A DNA stretch of 64,000 bases from Octopus sinensis (GCF_006345805.1 NC_043011.1:20286464-20350463); one strand, 5' to 3'; shown: positions 1 through 12,899, numbered from the stretch's first letter. Numbers and translations are program-made. The notes: generated by a model not told the origin, from the letters alone.

Positions 1-891
1 TGAGAAAATATTTGAGTTTGAATTATTGCGGAAAAGAAGGAGATAGGGAATATAGAGGGTAATAAGAGAATGAAAGTAGAAATAAGATATATAAAGATAT
101 TGTATTTGCAGTTCCATTATTCAAGGAAAATGGTGTATAGAAGTTGTAAAATATTTCTTGTACATGATATGTAAGCTTCACTAGCAGTTCACGTTTAGAC
201 ATTTCAAAGTATGGAGACGTAGAATCAGTGTTGCTCGTTCGAAAAGATTTTGTGGTGTGAATGAAAATTTGAGAATGTATTAGTAGTACTTGTGGATAGA
301 TGGAGGGTGGAGAGATGTGTATGATTAGAGAGGGGATAGGTCAAATTTGAAACAGGAAGACAAAATAAGAGGAAGAAAGAGAGAAAAAGAAAAAAAAGGA
401 GAAAAACAGCGAAAAAGTAAGGAAAGGGTGAAAGAAGTGAGAAAGGGAGTGGTAATTGGTGGCCAAGATAATGTGATTGGAGGATGGGAGAGGTGTGGTG
501 GCGAGATAGGAAGAGATGAGAAGGTAAGGAGTAAAAGAATGTGAGATGTGTGAGTAGGGGTGATATTACAGTGCTGCATTAAGGGATGGGTAGAGAAAAG
601 GTAGAGAAAAGGTATGGGTGGGTTGATACCGAAGTCAGTAGTAGTTTTAGTAGCAACATTTTAGGTGGAGGGAAGAATACAAGGATGTTAAATTACTATA
701 GATAGACGTAAGTGGTAGGTTTGTTATAGGTAAGAATAGGAGAGGAGGAAAGAAGATATAATGGCATACGTACGCATACACTTGCGAATATGTAAACATA
801 CATACGCACATATATATACAGACATATACATAGCCTATACACACACACACATAAATTCACTCTTTGGGTCTTCTAGATACCAATACCGGTC

Positions 892-979
<88 letters not shown>
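892..979. repeat. (TA)n microsatellite
   Basis: Near-perfect TA dinucleotide run. Confidence 0.95.
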
Positions 980-983
<4 letters not shown>

Positions 984-1530
984 ATCTATATTTACATGTT
1001 ACTTAGTATGAAGATTGATGTTGCTATCAACAGAAAATGTTTTGTAAGTGCTGTGAGGCAAACTTTCATAGTGATTTAAACAGGGTTGGAGTAGTTGTGA
1101 AACACTGTGTCTAGGAAATGATGGAAGGTTGTCACTGTGCTACCAACTGCATGTGAGGCTGTCTGACTATTTTGCTAAAGCGTTGAAAGTTTGAAAGGTT
1201 AAAAAGAGAGGCTGTTAACACTGGTCTCTATAGTACGCCTCTCTGAAAATTGTCACATAATGACAGGGACAGCTAATGTCGAAGCTAACTGTAACAACAA
1301 ACTGTGTAAGTGTTAGTCTAGTCGTCTAGAGTACAAAACCTCGGTAGCCTCGCAAGTAATTTATTTGCCAGCGTTATACGTTGTTACTTAAGAGGGCGAT
1401 GGATGTTTTTTTTTTCATTTTTGAATATTTTCTGTTTTATAATTTATTTCTTTTTTACATAAGCGGCGTCGAAAAATTCACAGATATTGATGTGAGCTGA
1501 CAATAATATATTGCTGTTATTGTAAACGAC

Positions 1531-1655
1531 GACGATGATGATAATAATGATGATGATGATGGTGATGGTGATGGTGATGGTGATGGTGATGATGATGATG
1601 ATGGTGGTGGTGATGGTGGTGGTGATGGTGGTGGTGGTGGTGGTGGTGGTGATGA

Positions 1656-1689
<34 letters not shown>

Positions 1690-1801
1690 GATGAGGATGC
1701 TGATGATAATGATGATGATGATGATGATAACGATGATGATGAAGTCGACGAGGACGATGACGAAGCTGGTGATGATGACGATGATGATGACGATGACGAT
1801 A
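1531..1801. repeat. (GAT/GGT/GAC)n compound trinucleotide repeat
   Basis: Direct reading; source of the poly-M/V/I/T ORFs in the track. Confidence 0.95.
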
Positions 1802-1956
1802 ATTACTTTATATAATGTTTTTGCGGTATATGTTGGATACAAATGTTTCCCAGTTTTCTGCTCTTTTAAGTTTTTTTTTTTTTTTGCTAGCTTCTTTTAT
1901 GTTTTCCGCTTTTCTTTGATTGTTTGATGCCGAGTTTTATTTCAGTTGTACAGTTC

Positions 1957-1960
<4 letters not shown>

Positions 1961-2027
<67 letters not shown>
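1961..2027. repeat. (TTA)n microsatellite
   Basis: Direct reading. Confidence 0.95.
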
Positions 2028-2029
<2 letters not shown>

Positions 2030-2229
2030 GTAATATGTTTTGGTTGTCTCTGATTTTTATGATGTTGGTTATTTCTGAAGAATAATTGGGATTGTATTTT
2101 ATGCTACCTTGTGGGAAGTATTTTTAGAGGCATCTATAATTATTTTTACTGTATATACAGTAGTAACTTCTATTTGGTGATTGTGGTGGTGTTGAATTCT
2201 GAAAATATTGATAGTATTATTGTTTTTAT

Positions 2230-2450
2230 TTTGCTTTTTCTCTGTTTTTACTTTTCAAGTTGAGCTGGTTCCATTGTGCGCTTTTGAAGTTTATAAAAGT
2301 GCTATTGGTTTCTCCATTGATGTGCAAGTCTGGTGTGGTGATAACTGATAGATGGTTCGAGGAATTGCTCGAAAAGTGACCGTGGTAGCTGGGTGTAAAG
2401 AGAAGTATATAATGTCTGGAACAGAGCTGTATTTGCCTGAGTGAGATGTG
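2230..2450 (-). mobile_element. Degenerate LINE endonuclease C-terminal relic (I/Jockey-like)
   Basis: Minus-strand peptides SSVPDII, SSNHLSVITT and TFINFKSAQWNQ resemble the APE SDH.P motif and the following NFKKADW linker; frameshifted. Confidence 0.35.
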
Positions 2451-3478
2451 TGTGTATGTGTGTTTGTGTGTGCGTGCGGGTGTATTGATGTGGATTGTTT
2501 AAGATGTAAAAGAGAGACTAGTTACGCTAGTTTCGATGGTATTGCGTCACGTCTCTCGTTATCTATACTTTTTGAAAATCGGAGGTATTCGGTGCATAGA
2601 GGCTCTTTCGAATGATAATGCTTTTAAGAATGCTAAGTGTTGTATGTAGTGTGTAAATAACCTGGCCGAATGATTGTTGAGGTCATTGGTGTTATAACTG
2701 CGTTTATTATATTAATGTTTTTAGTCGACAGTTTAAATTTTGAAAAACCTGTAAGTCTAATATCGTTCCTTATAAGTTTACGTAAGTCATTTGTGATATC
2801 TCAGTGTTAAATGCAATTTTTTTCTTTATGCGCATTATGCGATCACCCCCGCTGTAAAAGGTTTGTTAGTCTGATTTTAGTATAATTTGGAACGATCGAT
2901 ATTTGGTGTACTGCTAGTATATTTCTTGAATTATTGCTATGAGAATATCTTAAAGATATTTAATTTTCTGTTTAACAAAAGTGTTTTTAATAGCGTTGAC
3001 GTTGTATTGCAGATTTTTTATTTGCAGATGGTACGTCGTTTTCCAGTGATGTTGAAAAAAGGAAAATTGAGTTTCAGACTGAATCTGTTGTTGATGTTAT
3101 CCAGTCTTAAATCATTGCTGACCAAGCAAATCTATCAAACGAGTTCCTAGAATGGCTTTTTCATATATGCAATATACCTACAACCGCATTATCCATCCAC
3201 ATTCGAGATGTAGCAGCAATTTCTAACAAGACAATGGTGATTGTGCTACTATTTCTTTTTGGGCAAGTGACAGCATAGAATCTATTCAGTTGTTTATTAA
3301 TGAATCGCGTTTTCCAATATGTAAATAGATTAAATTATCATAAAATTTACTTAAAAACGATTTCTCTCTCTCTCCACTTCCTTCTTTATTTCAAGTGATT
3401 CTGAAGAAGGTAGTAAAGTTATTACTAGGCCCTAAATATGTTTCACCTGGATTTTTACGTTTATACGGCAAACCAAAC

Positions 3479-3558
<80 letters not shown>

Positions 3559-4116
3559 ATTATATTTATTTATTTATTTATTTATAGTTGAAATTTATAG
3601 AAAAACAACAGACGAAGACAGGTGTATGACAACAAGCAAGTTGTATTAGTTTGTTGCAAGGGAAAAATGAAAAAGTATTGTACTTCAAGAGTATACGCTC
3701 TTCAACAAAAAGTAATAGAGGAAATAAACAGAGAGAGAGAGAGAGTGTGTGTGTGTGTGTGGTGTGAAAAAATCTTATCGATTTCAGCGGTCCAGCATGG
3801 CGAATGATTGGGGAGGAAAGAGGTTGCAAGAAAGGAAGATAATAATAATAAATAAGAGGCTGAATGAAGGGAGATAATAAAGTGCTGGTGGTCCCAAAAG
3901 AGGGTGCGCGTGTGTGTTTGTGTATATGAGAATGGTGTGTGTGGTGAATACGACCGAGTGACTCTGATGTTTGTGTGTGCATGTCTAACGTGTGTGTGTG
4001 TGTGTTTCTTGTGTGTAGCAGTTGATGTGTACTTTTTTCACGTGGTGCGCGCACATGTGTGTGTGCCTGTGACCAAACCGTGTGTAAGTGTAACGTGTAT
4101 ATATGTAGGTGTTACA

Positions 4117-4409
4117 GTGTCTCTTCACGTACGATTTCATATGGAGGTCTTTCTCACAGTCCTCGAACCGGTCGTTTTTCTGATTCCTCGATCTTGAGCC
4201 AACTTTGCCATCGATTTTCACGGGTTCAACTCAATCGATCTTTTAATTTCTGTTAAAATGCGAGTTGTGCGTTTTCGGTGAGCCTTTCTATGTACATCCT
4301 TACTTTTCTTCAAATTGGCTACAACTCTAAAAACAGTAGATTTGGCATAATTTATGGCTTCAACTATCTCCCCAGCATTTTTGCCAACGCTGAATAATTC
4401 GGCAAGCAC
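4117..4409 (-). mobile_element. Tc1/mariner-superfamily transposase N-terminal (HTH) fragment, pseudogenised
   Basis: LAELFSVGKNAGEIVEAINYAKSTVFRVV...EIKRSIELNP*KSMAKLAQ, then frameshift to EKDLHMKSYVKRH; matches paired-like HTH region; no catalytic domain or TIR seen. Confidence 0.75.
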
Positions 4410-5064
4410 ACTTCACACTTCTATGATTTAATTTTTTATTTACGTTCATTATTTGTTCAGTCAGAAATAAAAGATAGTACAAGTGATTATTAAAGCTGAT
4501 AATATTTAAAATTTAGACTCCAACAAAATCTATACAAGTAATAGCAGTAATTAGGTATAAAGACGTATCTTATCAAAAGACTAGGAGAGTTTTATCGGCA
4601 CTGCAAATATCAGCCATGACCGATCAACGAATTTCCATATCTGTATAGAAAATTCTGAATTGATAACACTATACAACTTTACATCATCCATTACATCCAT
4701 GAAATATCCACATAATTATATATTTTATCTTCTCATTTACCGTTCTAATCATATGAATAATTATTTTTACAATAGCAAGCGCGTCGATATTTTGATGAGA
4801 AGAGGCAATGGGATTTAAAATACTATAGTACATGATAGGGCTGGTATGTTATTGATTTTGAAGAGGTAGAAGGCAAATCTGTGTCCGATGTCATTTTAAT
4901 TTAGACAGGAAACGAGTCTAAATAAATATTTAAAGATACTTTCATATACACTGAACTATTTCTGCTACCAAGTGATTGTAAAGCTGTAACACTATGAAAC
5001 TAAGGATTTCTAACAGTAGTACTATAAACATTGATTATATTTCAACCATTATTTTGCTGGTATA

Positions 5065-5285
5065 TACGAAGGAGTGCTGAAAAGTTCCCGGCTTTAAGGG
5101 TATCGCGGAAGGCCTGGTTGGATGCTCAAACTTCCAAGTTCTTTTGCGGGTCTTAGAAAAACTGAAAGACCGCTGCAATAAATGTGTGCATCTGAGAAGG
5201 TAATACGTTGAATACAATCATAAATAATTGATTCTCTCATATTTTCTGGTATCCAATGCCAGGAACTTTTCAGCAGCCCCTCGCA
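5065..5285 (+). mobile_element. Mariner-derived MITE (~220 bp)
   Basis: TIRs tacgaaggagtgctgaaaagttcccggc / gccaggaacttttcagcagcccctcgca; internal KLKDRCNKCVHLRR*YVE resembles mariner C-terminus RW.KC...G.YVE. Confidence 0.85.
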
Positions 5286-6439
5286 TTTTATCGAACCCTG
5301 AATAAAAAAAATGTAATACATTGTAGACAGCGGTTGGAACTGAACGGAGAAACTGAAGATTATAACCAAATAGCGCAAGTCATTTTTGCCCATCAACCAA
5401 CCGATTTCCACATCCACCATTCTTAGTTATGTTCAATGTATTATCATAGAAATAACAGTAACGATAAATTACAACAACAAAGATATGAAAATTGAGTTAT
5501 GAAAAAAAAAAAACATAATTAATTTAACTCAAGTGACAGTATTCATAACTATGGCTTCTTTGATCGAAAGTTATGAAGTTATTACTGCTGTTATTGCTAT
5601 TTTCATTGCTGCTGCTGTTGTTTTCAAAATGGCAGCAAAAGTGGAGGGAAGATGCATTAGAGTTATAAACGGTAATGTGATGGTTGTTGTAGTAGTTGTA
5701 GTAGTTGTAGTAACGATTGAGGATAATGATGATGATGGTGACATTGTATCATAAGTCTTCTTAATCTTCGATACATCCCGCTTGTTTCATTAAAACGTTT
5801 TTCATCTTTCATTTACTGATCTAAACTTCCATCTATTTTGTCAGTAGATGTGTTATTGTGGCTGTTTCTGTTGGGATTTGTGTATTCGTATTTGAGTCTG
5901 TTTTGTTTGCTTTTTTCGGGAGGGGTTCGTCAGTTGTTTGTGTGTTGTTACTAACGATGATGATGATTTCTTGTTTCACTTTGATTCCTTTTTAATTTGT
6001 ATTTCTTTTGTTTCATTATATTTCTGTATGTTTGTTCTGTGTTTGTGTTTACTTTTTAGTATTTGATAAGTGATGGTTTTTACTGTAAAACTAAATGATT
6101 ATAGAGAAGTAAAAATATATCGCAAATATAACACTTTAGATAATTTACTTCGTCATATTTCTGTGCGTGTGAATATGTGTATATAAAGATTTACGCATAT
6201 ACACACAAAAACACGAACACATATACACATCTTATAGAAAGAGAAAGAAGGAATTAAAATGAGAGAGAGAGAGAAATAGTTCAAGTAATAATGGAGTTCA
6301 TTCTTATAGCATCGCGATATCATACTTTAAAAAAAAATTCTTACTATTTAGTTAATCGCATATTAAACCGCATACAATCTGCTACTGAGGAGCATCCTCG
6401 CTATTAATTTTCTAGGTGCGTGCATATTATATTTGTGTG

Positions 6440-6649
6440 TGTGTGTATATATGTATTTAAATATGTGTGTATATATATATGTATATATGAATTATATATA
6501 TATATATATATTATATATATATAATATATATATATATACATAATGTATATGTATGTATGTATACTGTATACATATATGTATATATATATATAACTATATA
6601 TATATGTATATATATATATATATATAATATATATATATATATTATATAT

Positions 6650-6691
<42 letters not shown>

Positions 6692-6925
6692 CATATATAT
6701 ATGTATGTATATATATGTGTATATATGCATATACATGTATATATATCCATACATGTGCATATATCTATATACGTACATATTAATACACATACATATATAT
6801 ATATATACCTGTATACATATACATACATATATATGTATGTGTGTATGTAGGTATGTATGTATGTATGTATGTATGTATGTATGTATGTATGTATGTATGT
6901 ATGAATGTATGTATACATGTATACA
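6440..6925. repeat. Compound (TA)n/(TATG)n microsatellite
   Basis: Direct reading. Confidence 0.95.
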
Positions 6926-7429
6926 AAGAAACAATAATGCTTACAAAGTACGCAATATAAAAAGAAGAGTAATAAAAAAAGGTAATGAATGAAGCTGAAC
7001 AACTCAGGAATATTATTTTAATGTTTTAATGCAATTATTTTTGTATATTTTTTATTCTGCGGATTCATCAGAAACAAGATTGGTTGAATATAATGCATCT
7101 ATGTAAAAGAATAGAGGTAGGAGAATGGTAGTAGAAAGAAGAAAGCGAATAAGAGTGAAAGCAATCTTACACCATATAATTATATAGTAAATGGTTGTGA
7201 TTTTAAAAATAACAGAAGATAGGGTGCCAAAAATTTGATGAAAACGGGTTTAAGAACATCTCTTTCCCATATCTATCGTAAATATGTAGCTGATTTTTAG
7301 ATAGTCAAAAGTTCAAGAACGGAATTATATACTGCAGAAAATAAATATTTGGTTTTCACTTGATATGTGTACTGTGTATATCTGGGAAAGGGTTAACTGC
7401 GCTTTTTTATTGGTTTCATTCATTGAGCT

Positions 7430-7790
7430 ACGGCCATACTGAGGTGTGTCTTTGTTACAGAAAAGCATAGTCGTCACTCGTGAAAGAATATGAGTCAATA
7501 GCATGAGCCATGCGTTAGCTAATTGTTTAGGATATCTATGTTGTTACTAGTATACATACGCAACCACTAGGCCTTAGCAACCTCGACCCAGCTGAATACC
7601 GGATGAGTGACAGTTGAAAGTAAAAAGGGTTACACCAGCACTTGGCTACTATTCATTTTCATCAGAATACAGTGTAATATAGTGAAATGATTTGCTTTGA
7701 TCAAGGCCACAACACCTCGCCCAGTTTAGGAATCGAAAACATGACTTTATGGTCGTGAGTCCAAATCTCTAACTACAAGGCCACGTTCTC
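7430..7790 (-). mobile_element. Degenerate CORE-like tRNA-SINE
   Basis: Reverse strand has tRNA-like head cgtggccttgtagttag...tttcgattcc and ttgtggccttgatcaaagca; alignable by eye to 40672-40998. Confidence 0.55.
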
Positions 7791-8635
7791 GCAAAATAAA
7801 CTATTTTTTTAAAGCTATTTTGTAAACAATTATTAATAAGTATTTTGAAAAAATATAAAAGGCTGCATCGGTTGTATCATTAAAATTAATGAAGTAGGGT
7901 TACTCTCATGGATTATTCTTCTGTTTATCGTATAATAGACGGTTTGAGAAGATTAAAATCTTTCATTATTGTTGGTAAACACGGCTGGAAAAAAAACATA
8001 ACACAACAATTCTTAATGACTTAATGACAAGGCATAATGATAGCATTTGAATGTTGAAATGTTTCTGTAATAACGATTATTCGAGATATTTATTATTTAC
8101 GAAAATATCGATCTCAGTGAATATTATAATTTTTTTTTCGTAATTATAAGAGAAAAATCATATTAGAATAATTATAAGGAACCTGAACCGTTGAATTATT
8201 CAAGAAATTCAGTACAAAAAGAAACGACCAAACTTCGTGTAAAGATGATAAAATATATTTCAGCCACACAGGAAAGTCATTCTCATCTTTGCTGACGAAT
8301 GATTTAAAAGTTTAAGCGCTTATAGGTTCTGTGCATGTGGCTTGAATCCTGATCCAAATGTTTTATGAAGGAGGGTAACTTTTGAAACAAAAGTTCATAC
8401 GATTGCGAAATGTACAGCATGTACGGCTAATAGAATGCCTCTCTGGTGTGGCTATGCAAATCACTTTCCACATCAAAATTTATATTCTTACTTAAGAAAC
8501 AATTTATTTGCTGTTATTGTAGTGCTTTCTTAGTTTGTGACATATACACATGATTATGTGTGTATATATATATATATACGTATATCTAAAAGAATAGATA
8601 TCATATTGAATTATTTCCCTTTAATGATATTCTGC

Positions 8636-8768
8636 TCGAGTAGGTGCCCGGAACCGTCGCTGATGAGTTCTAACAATTTCAGCAGAGAGTTACTCACGGC
8701 AAAGCCGACAGCATGCTCTCTGGCTTCATCTATGCCTTACCCTTGCCAGATAAAGATATACTCTCTTT
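8636..8768 (-). mobile_element. RTE (BovB-like) LINE endonuclease fragment
   Basis: REYIFIWQG*GIDEAREHAVGFAVSNSLL matches RTE EN motif FFWQGK...EHGVGFAV. Confidence 0.8.
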
Positions 8769-8777
8769 CGTGAATGG

Positions 8778-8956
8778 CTGAAAGCAAAATCCAAGGTGTG
8801 CCAGATACTCATCAGCGAAATGCTGTTCACGGACGACGCAACACTCACAACGCATTCTAAGGAGCAAATGCAGCAACCCCGTGGACAAACTGTCAGAGGC
8901 CTATCAGGAATTCAGCCTGACTATCAGACGAAAGAAGACCGAAGGACTGGGCCAAA
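8778..8956 (+). mobile_element. RTE (BovB-like) LINE reverse-transcriptase fragment
   Basis: LKAKSKVCQILISEMLFTDDATLTTHSKEQMQ, frameshift, VDKLSEAYQEFSLTIRRKKTE; LFADD catalytic motif region. Confidence 0.9.
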
Positions 8957-9036
8957 GTGGCAATCACACAGCCACACGCACACACGCACACACGCATACA
9001 CACACAAACACACACACACACTTATGTATATATATT

Positions 9037-9263
9037 AGGCGGCGAGCTGGCAGAACCGTTAGCACGCCGGGCGAAATGCGTAGCCGTATTTCGTCTGCCG
9101 TTACGTTCTGAGGTCAAATCTTGCCGAGGTCGACTTTGCCTTTCATCCTTTCGGGGTCGATAAATTAAGTACCAGTTACGCACTGGGGTCGATGTAATCG
9201 AACTAATCCGTTTGTCTGTCCTTGTTTGTCCCCTCTATGTTAGCCCCTTGTGGGTAATAAAAA

Positions 9264-9265
<2 letters not shown>
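9037..9265 (+). mobile_element. SINE family B monomer (tRNA head + Meta-domain-like body)
   Basis: ggcggcgagctggcagaa head, B-box-like gaggtcaaatc, body gactttgcctttcatcctttcggggtcgataaattaagtaccag; many copies in window. Confidence 0.9.
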
Positions 9266-9300
<35 letters not shown>

Positions 9301-9600
9301 TATGTATGTATGTATGTATGTATGTATACATATATGTATTCCCATTTTCTTATTAGTCCTCTACATTTAATTTGAAGCAATAAAGCTGCTAGTTAACTCT
9401 TTGCATTTCTAGACCCTCACAGTGTTACCGTCTGGGTGAGGCGATTATTAGTGGTAGTTTGCAGTTCTGTATTAGTGGGCATGACTAATAAGAATTGCAT
9501 TGTGTTGCCAATGCTATCATCAGTGTAAGATTTTAAAATTTCACTGTTTTCTGCAAGATGCTTTCAGCAATTTGGAAAACTTTTGTCTACAACAAAATCT

Positions 9601-9642
<42 letters not shown>

Positions 9643-9775
9643 TTATAAATAAGGATAATATCGATATTTAAATATCGATATTATCAAGTGGCCAGCATGG
9701 GAAAAAATACCTTACAAAGGTAATAATTTTTTACAACTAAAAATAAGGGTGTCTGAGAGACACCACCATGCCGAA

Positions 9776-10185
9776 ATAGCAGTTAAATCCCTAACTCTAC
9801 AAACCACGTTAAATGTTCATATCACACCATGAGATAAGACAGAGGGACCAAATAGACTAGCAAAAAGATATTACTGAATAATTCAAGATCCTGGATTTCT
9901 AGCTTTGCTTTAAATAAGCTTTGCCGTCATCGGTGGAATATATCAAAGCACATAAATACAAATATATATATGCAGAACGTTTGTTCTGCATATATATATT
10001 TGTATTTATGTGCTCTGATATATTCAACCGATGATGGCAAAGCTTATTTAAAGCAAAGCTAGAAATCCAGGATCTTGAATTATTCAGTAATATCTTTTTG
10101 CTAGTCTATTTGGTCCCTCTGTCTTATCTCATGGTGTGATATGAACATTTAATGTGGTTTTTAGAGTCAGGAATTTGACTGCTAT
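9776..10185. repeat. Long palindrome: 203-bp arms, 4-nt loop
   Basis: Arms 9776-9978 and 9983-10185, about 8 mismatches, no indels; loop gttt. Confidence 0.95.
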
Positions 10186-10277
10186 ATATATATATATTCC
10201 TATTAATACAGCGCCCATAGCTAATATATTAATTGGAGGAAGATTATATAAAATAGCTGTATTATAAACTATGTTCA

Positions 10278-10573
10278 TACCGAATGTTGTTCTTTATTTA
10301 AGAGATGAGGAATTATGTACATTATTTACATTATTTACATTTGACGGATATTCACTCCATAATTGACCACGGGCATATGGCGTAGTGGTTAAGACCGCGG
10401 GCTACTAACCCCATGATTCCGAGTTCGATTCCAGGCAGTGACCTGCATAATAATAATAATAATAATAACATCGAAAAATACCTTAGGAATGAGAACCCAG
10501 GTTCGAAATTTCCCCCAAGACACCTATTGAAGGCTGGGGGTATATCAGCCGAAACGTCCTACCGAATGTTGTT
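10278..10573 (+). mobile_element. tRNA-headed SINE with hammerhead-like core, 14-bp TSD, probable internal inversion
   Basis: TSD taccgaatgttgtt at 10278-10291 and 10560-10573; A box tggcgtagtggtt, B box gttcgattcc; stem ggctg/cagcc followed by gaaacgtc. Confidence 0.75.
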
Positions 10574-10761
10574 TTCTTTTGTACAATGTGCAGTATCCAT
10601 GGTTCCTTATTGTTATTGCACTTTAATGTTCGGAGTCGCAATTTATGTTTCCACTGTGATTTGTTCTTTATTCATATGTGACATTAGAAGTCTGCTTATA
10701 TATATATATATCGATCCATACATCCATACATAAATACATACATCCATACATCCATACATAA

Positions 10762-10806
<45 letters not shown>

Positions 10807-11187
10807 ATATATGCATACATAAATGTGAGTGTGCTGTGTGTGTGTGCAAGTGCGTGTATGTATTTATGTATGGATGTATGGATCGGCTTGTTTCGAGACG
10901 CGTGTTTATAGTGTTAAATTATATGGTTATTGACAATTTGTCTATTTTCGGCATATTTGGCATATGGCGTCTGGAACAGAAGGAGTTGAATAGTAGACGG
11001 GACAGCGAAAACAGAATACAAGAAGCAAAGAAAATGATAATGAGAATACAAAGGACATAAGTAGACCGAATCTGATCAACATTACCTATTGTTTGCCGGA
11101 AAAATTGAAATATTAATCATTAATTTATATTATTCTTTTTTCATTACATATTTATTTCTAGTGATCTTTTTAACGATGCTGCATGGC

Positions 11188-11604
11188 ATCACAAACGTTA
11201 GCACGCCTGGCGAAATGCTTAGCGGTATTTTGTCTGCCGCTACGTTCTGAGTTCAATTTCCGCCGAGGTCGACTTTGCCTTTCATCCTTTCTGAGTCGAT
11301 TAAATAAGTACCAGTTACGCACTGGGAAGGGGATATAATCGACTTAATCCGTTTGTCTGTCTTTGTTTGTTCTCTTTGTGTTTAGCCCCTTGTGGGTAGT
11401 AAAGAAATAGGTATTTCGTCTGCCGCTGCGTTCTGAGTTCAAATTCCGTCGAGGTCGACTTTTCCTTTCATCCATTCGGGATCGATAAATTAAGTACCAG
11501 TTACGCACTGGGGTTGATATAATTGACTTAATTCATTTGTCTGTCCTTGTTTGTCCCCTCTGTGTTTATCCCCTTGTGGGTAGTAAAGAAATAGGTATCA
11601 CAAA
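11188..11604 (+). mobile_element. SINE family B dimer (5'-truncated head + two bodies)
   Basis: Body repeated from ggtatttcgtctgccg; 8-bp direct repeat atcacaaa at 11188-11195 and 11597-11604. Confidence 0.9.
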
Positions 11605-11889
11605 TTTGTTTATCTTTAACTTATAGATGGCATATTTCAATTACTTAATTTTTAAACAATTCCATTTTTATGTGTCAATAAAAGAATACTATTGTACATA
11701 TCCTTATCATTCTTATACCTCAAACTCGTCAAGTAAGGCAAAAACTATGCTTCGCTAATGAGGTTTAAATCAGATCAACACATACCAGTTGTTCCTTGTG
11801 CTTGCCAAATAAGTGAAAATATAATATCAGCCATTGATTAACATGTAATTTCTTTTTAATTTCCCAGGCATTGGATATATTCGTTTCAA

Positions 11890-12115
11890 ATTTTTTCACA
11901 AAGCCAGAAATTCCAGGGAAAATGGTAAGTCGATTGTATCGACCCCAGTGTTCAATTGGTACTTATTTTATCGACCCCGAAAGTCGATATTTGGTAAATA
12001 TTTTATCCACCCCGAGAGTCGACCTTAGTGGAATTTGAACTCAGAACGTAAAGACTGACAAAATGTTGCTAAGCATTTTGCCCGGCGGACTAACGATACT
12101 GCCAGCTCGCCGGCT
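11890..12115 (-). mobile_element. SINE family B-related copy
   Basis: Reverse complement of head (ctgccagctcgcc) and body (tggtacttattttatcgacccc, gaatttgaactcagaacg). Confidence 0.8.
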
Positions 12116-12179
12116 GCCATGTATTGAATATATTAGCTCTAACGTGACTATCATATTTCACATAAAGTATACGATCCCT

Positions 12180-12235
<56 letters not shown>

Positions 12236-12366
12236 TGTGTGTGTACTTATGTATATGCATGCATGTTTATATATTTCGATTCTAGTGAGCAGTGGGTTTG
12301 AAACCGAAACGAGGTGGTTGCGAAGCAAATTTTCATAGCCATACGCAGATAATTCTGGCAAATCAA

Positions 12367-12370
<4 letters not shown>

Positions 12371-12421
<51 letters not shown>

Positions 12422-12435
12422 TAGTAGTAGTAGTG
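12371..12435. repeat. (TAG)n microsatellite
   Basis: Direct reading. Confidence 0.95.
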
Positions 12436-12899
12436 GTGTTAATAGTAGCATCAGCGAAAGCAGTGATTTCAAGATAAGTGACGGTTATAATAGTCAGATC
12501 CTAACATTATCGGTTTTCATGTTTGAATCTAAAGAAATCAATAATTTCTTATTGACGATGGCTAGAGAGGCATCAACGCAAGAGAATTCAATCAGACTGT
12601 TTATACTGAGTTCAAATATTGCCTAGATATGTTTTTGACTTTCATCTCTCTATAGATCAATAAACAAAGCATAGGAGAGGAGAGAGACGAGGATCAATTC
12701 AATTGGTTGTACGGTTCTTCTGTAATTTTTTTTAGCTGGTTTCAATCATAAGACAGTGGCAATGCCAGGACACAGCCATGAAGGGGTTTTTTTAGATGGT
12801 CATGTCGAGCCGAACACTTATTTCTGTCGAGTACGTTTTACCGAGTTCGTTTTATGACCGTGTGTAGGTAAGTATATGCGTGTATGTGTCGGTATACCT

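Noticed and set aside
7425-7445. 5S rRNA start (ctacggccatac)
   Set aside because: Match ends after about 12 nt; better explained as a decayed SINE-A tail motif
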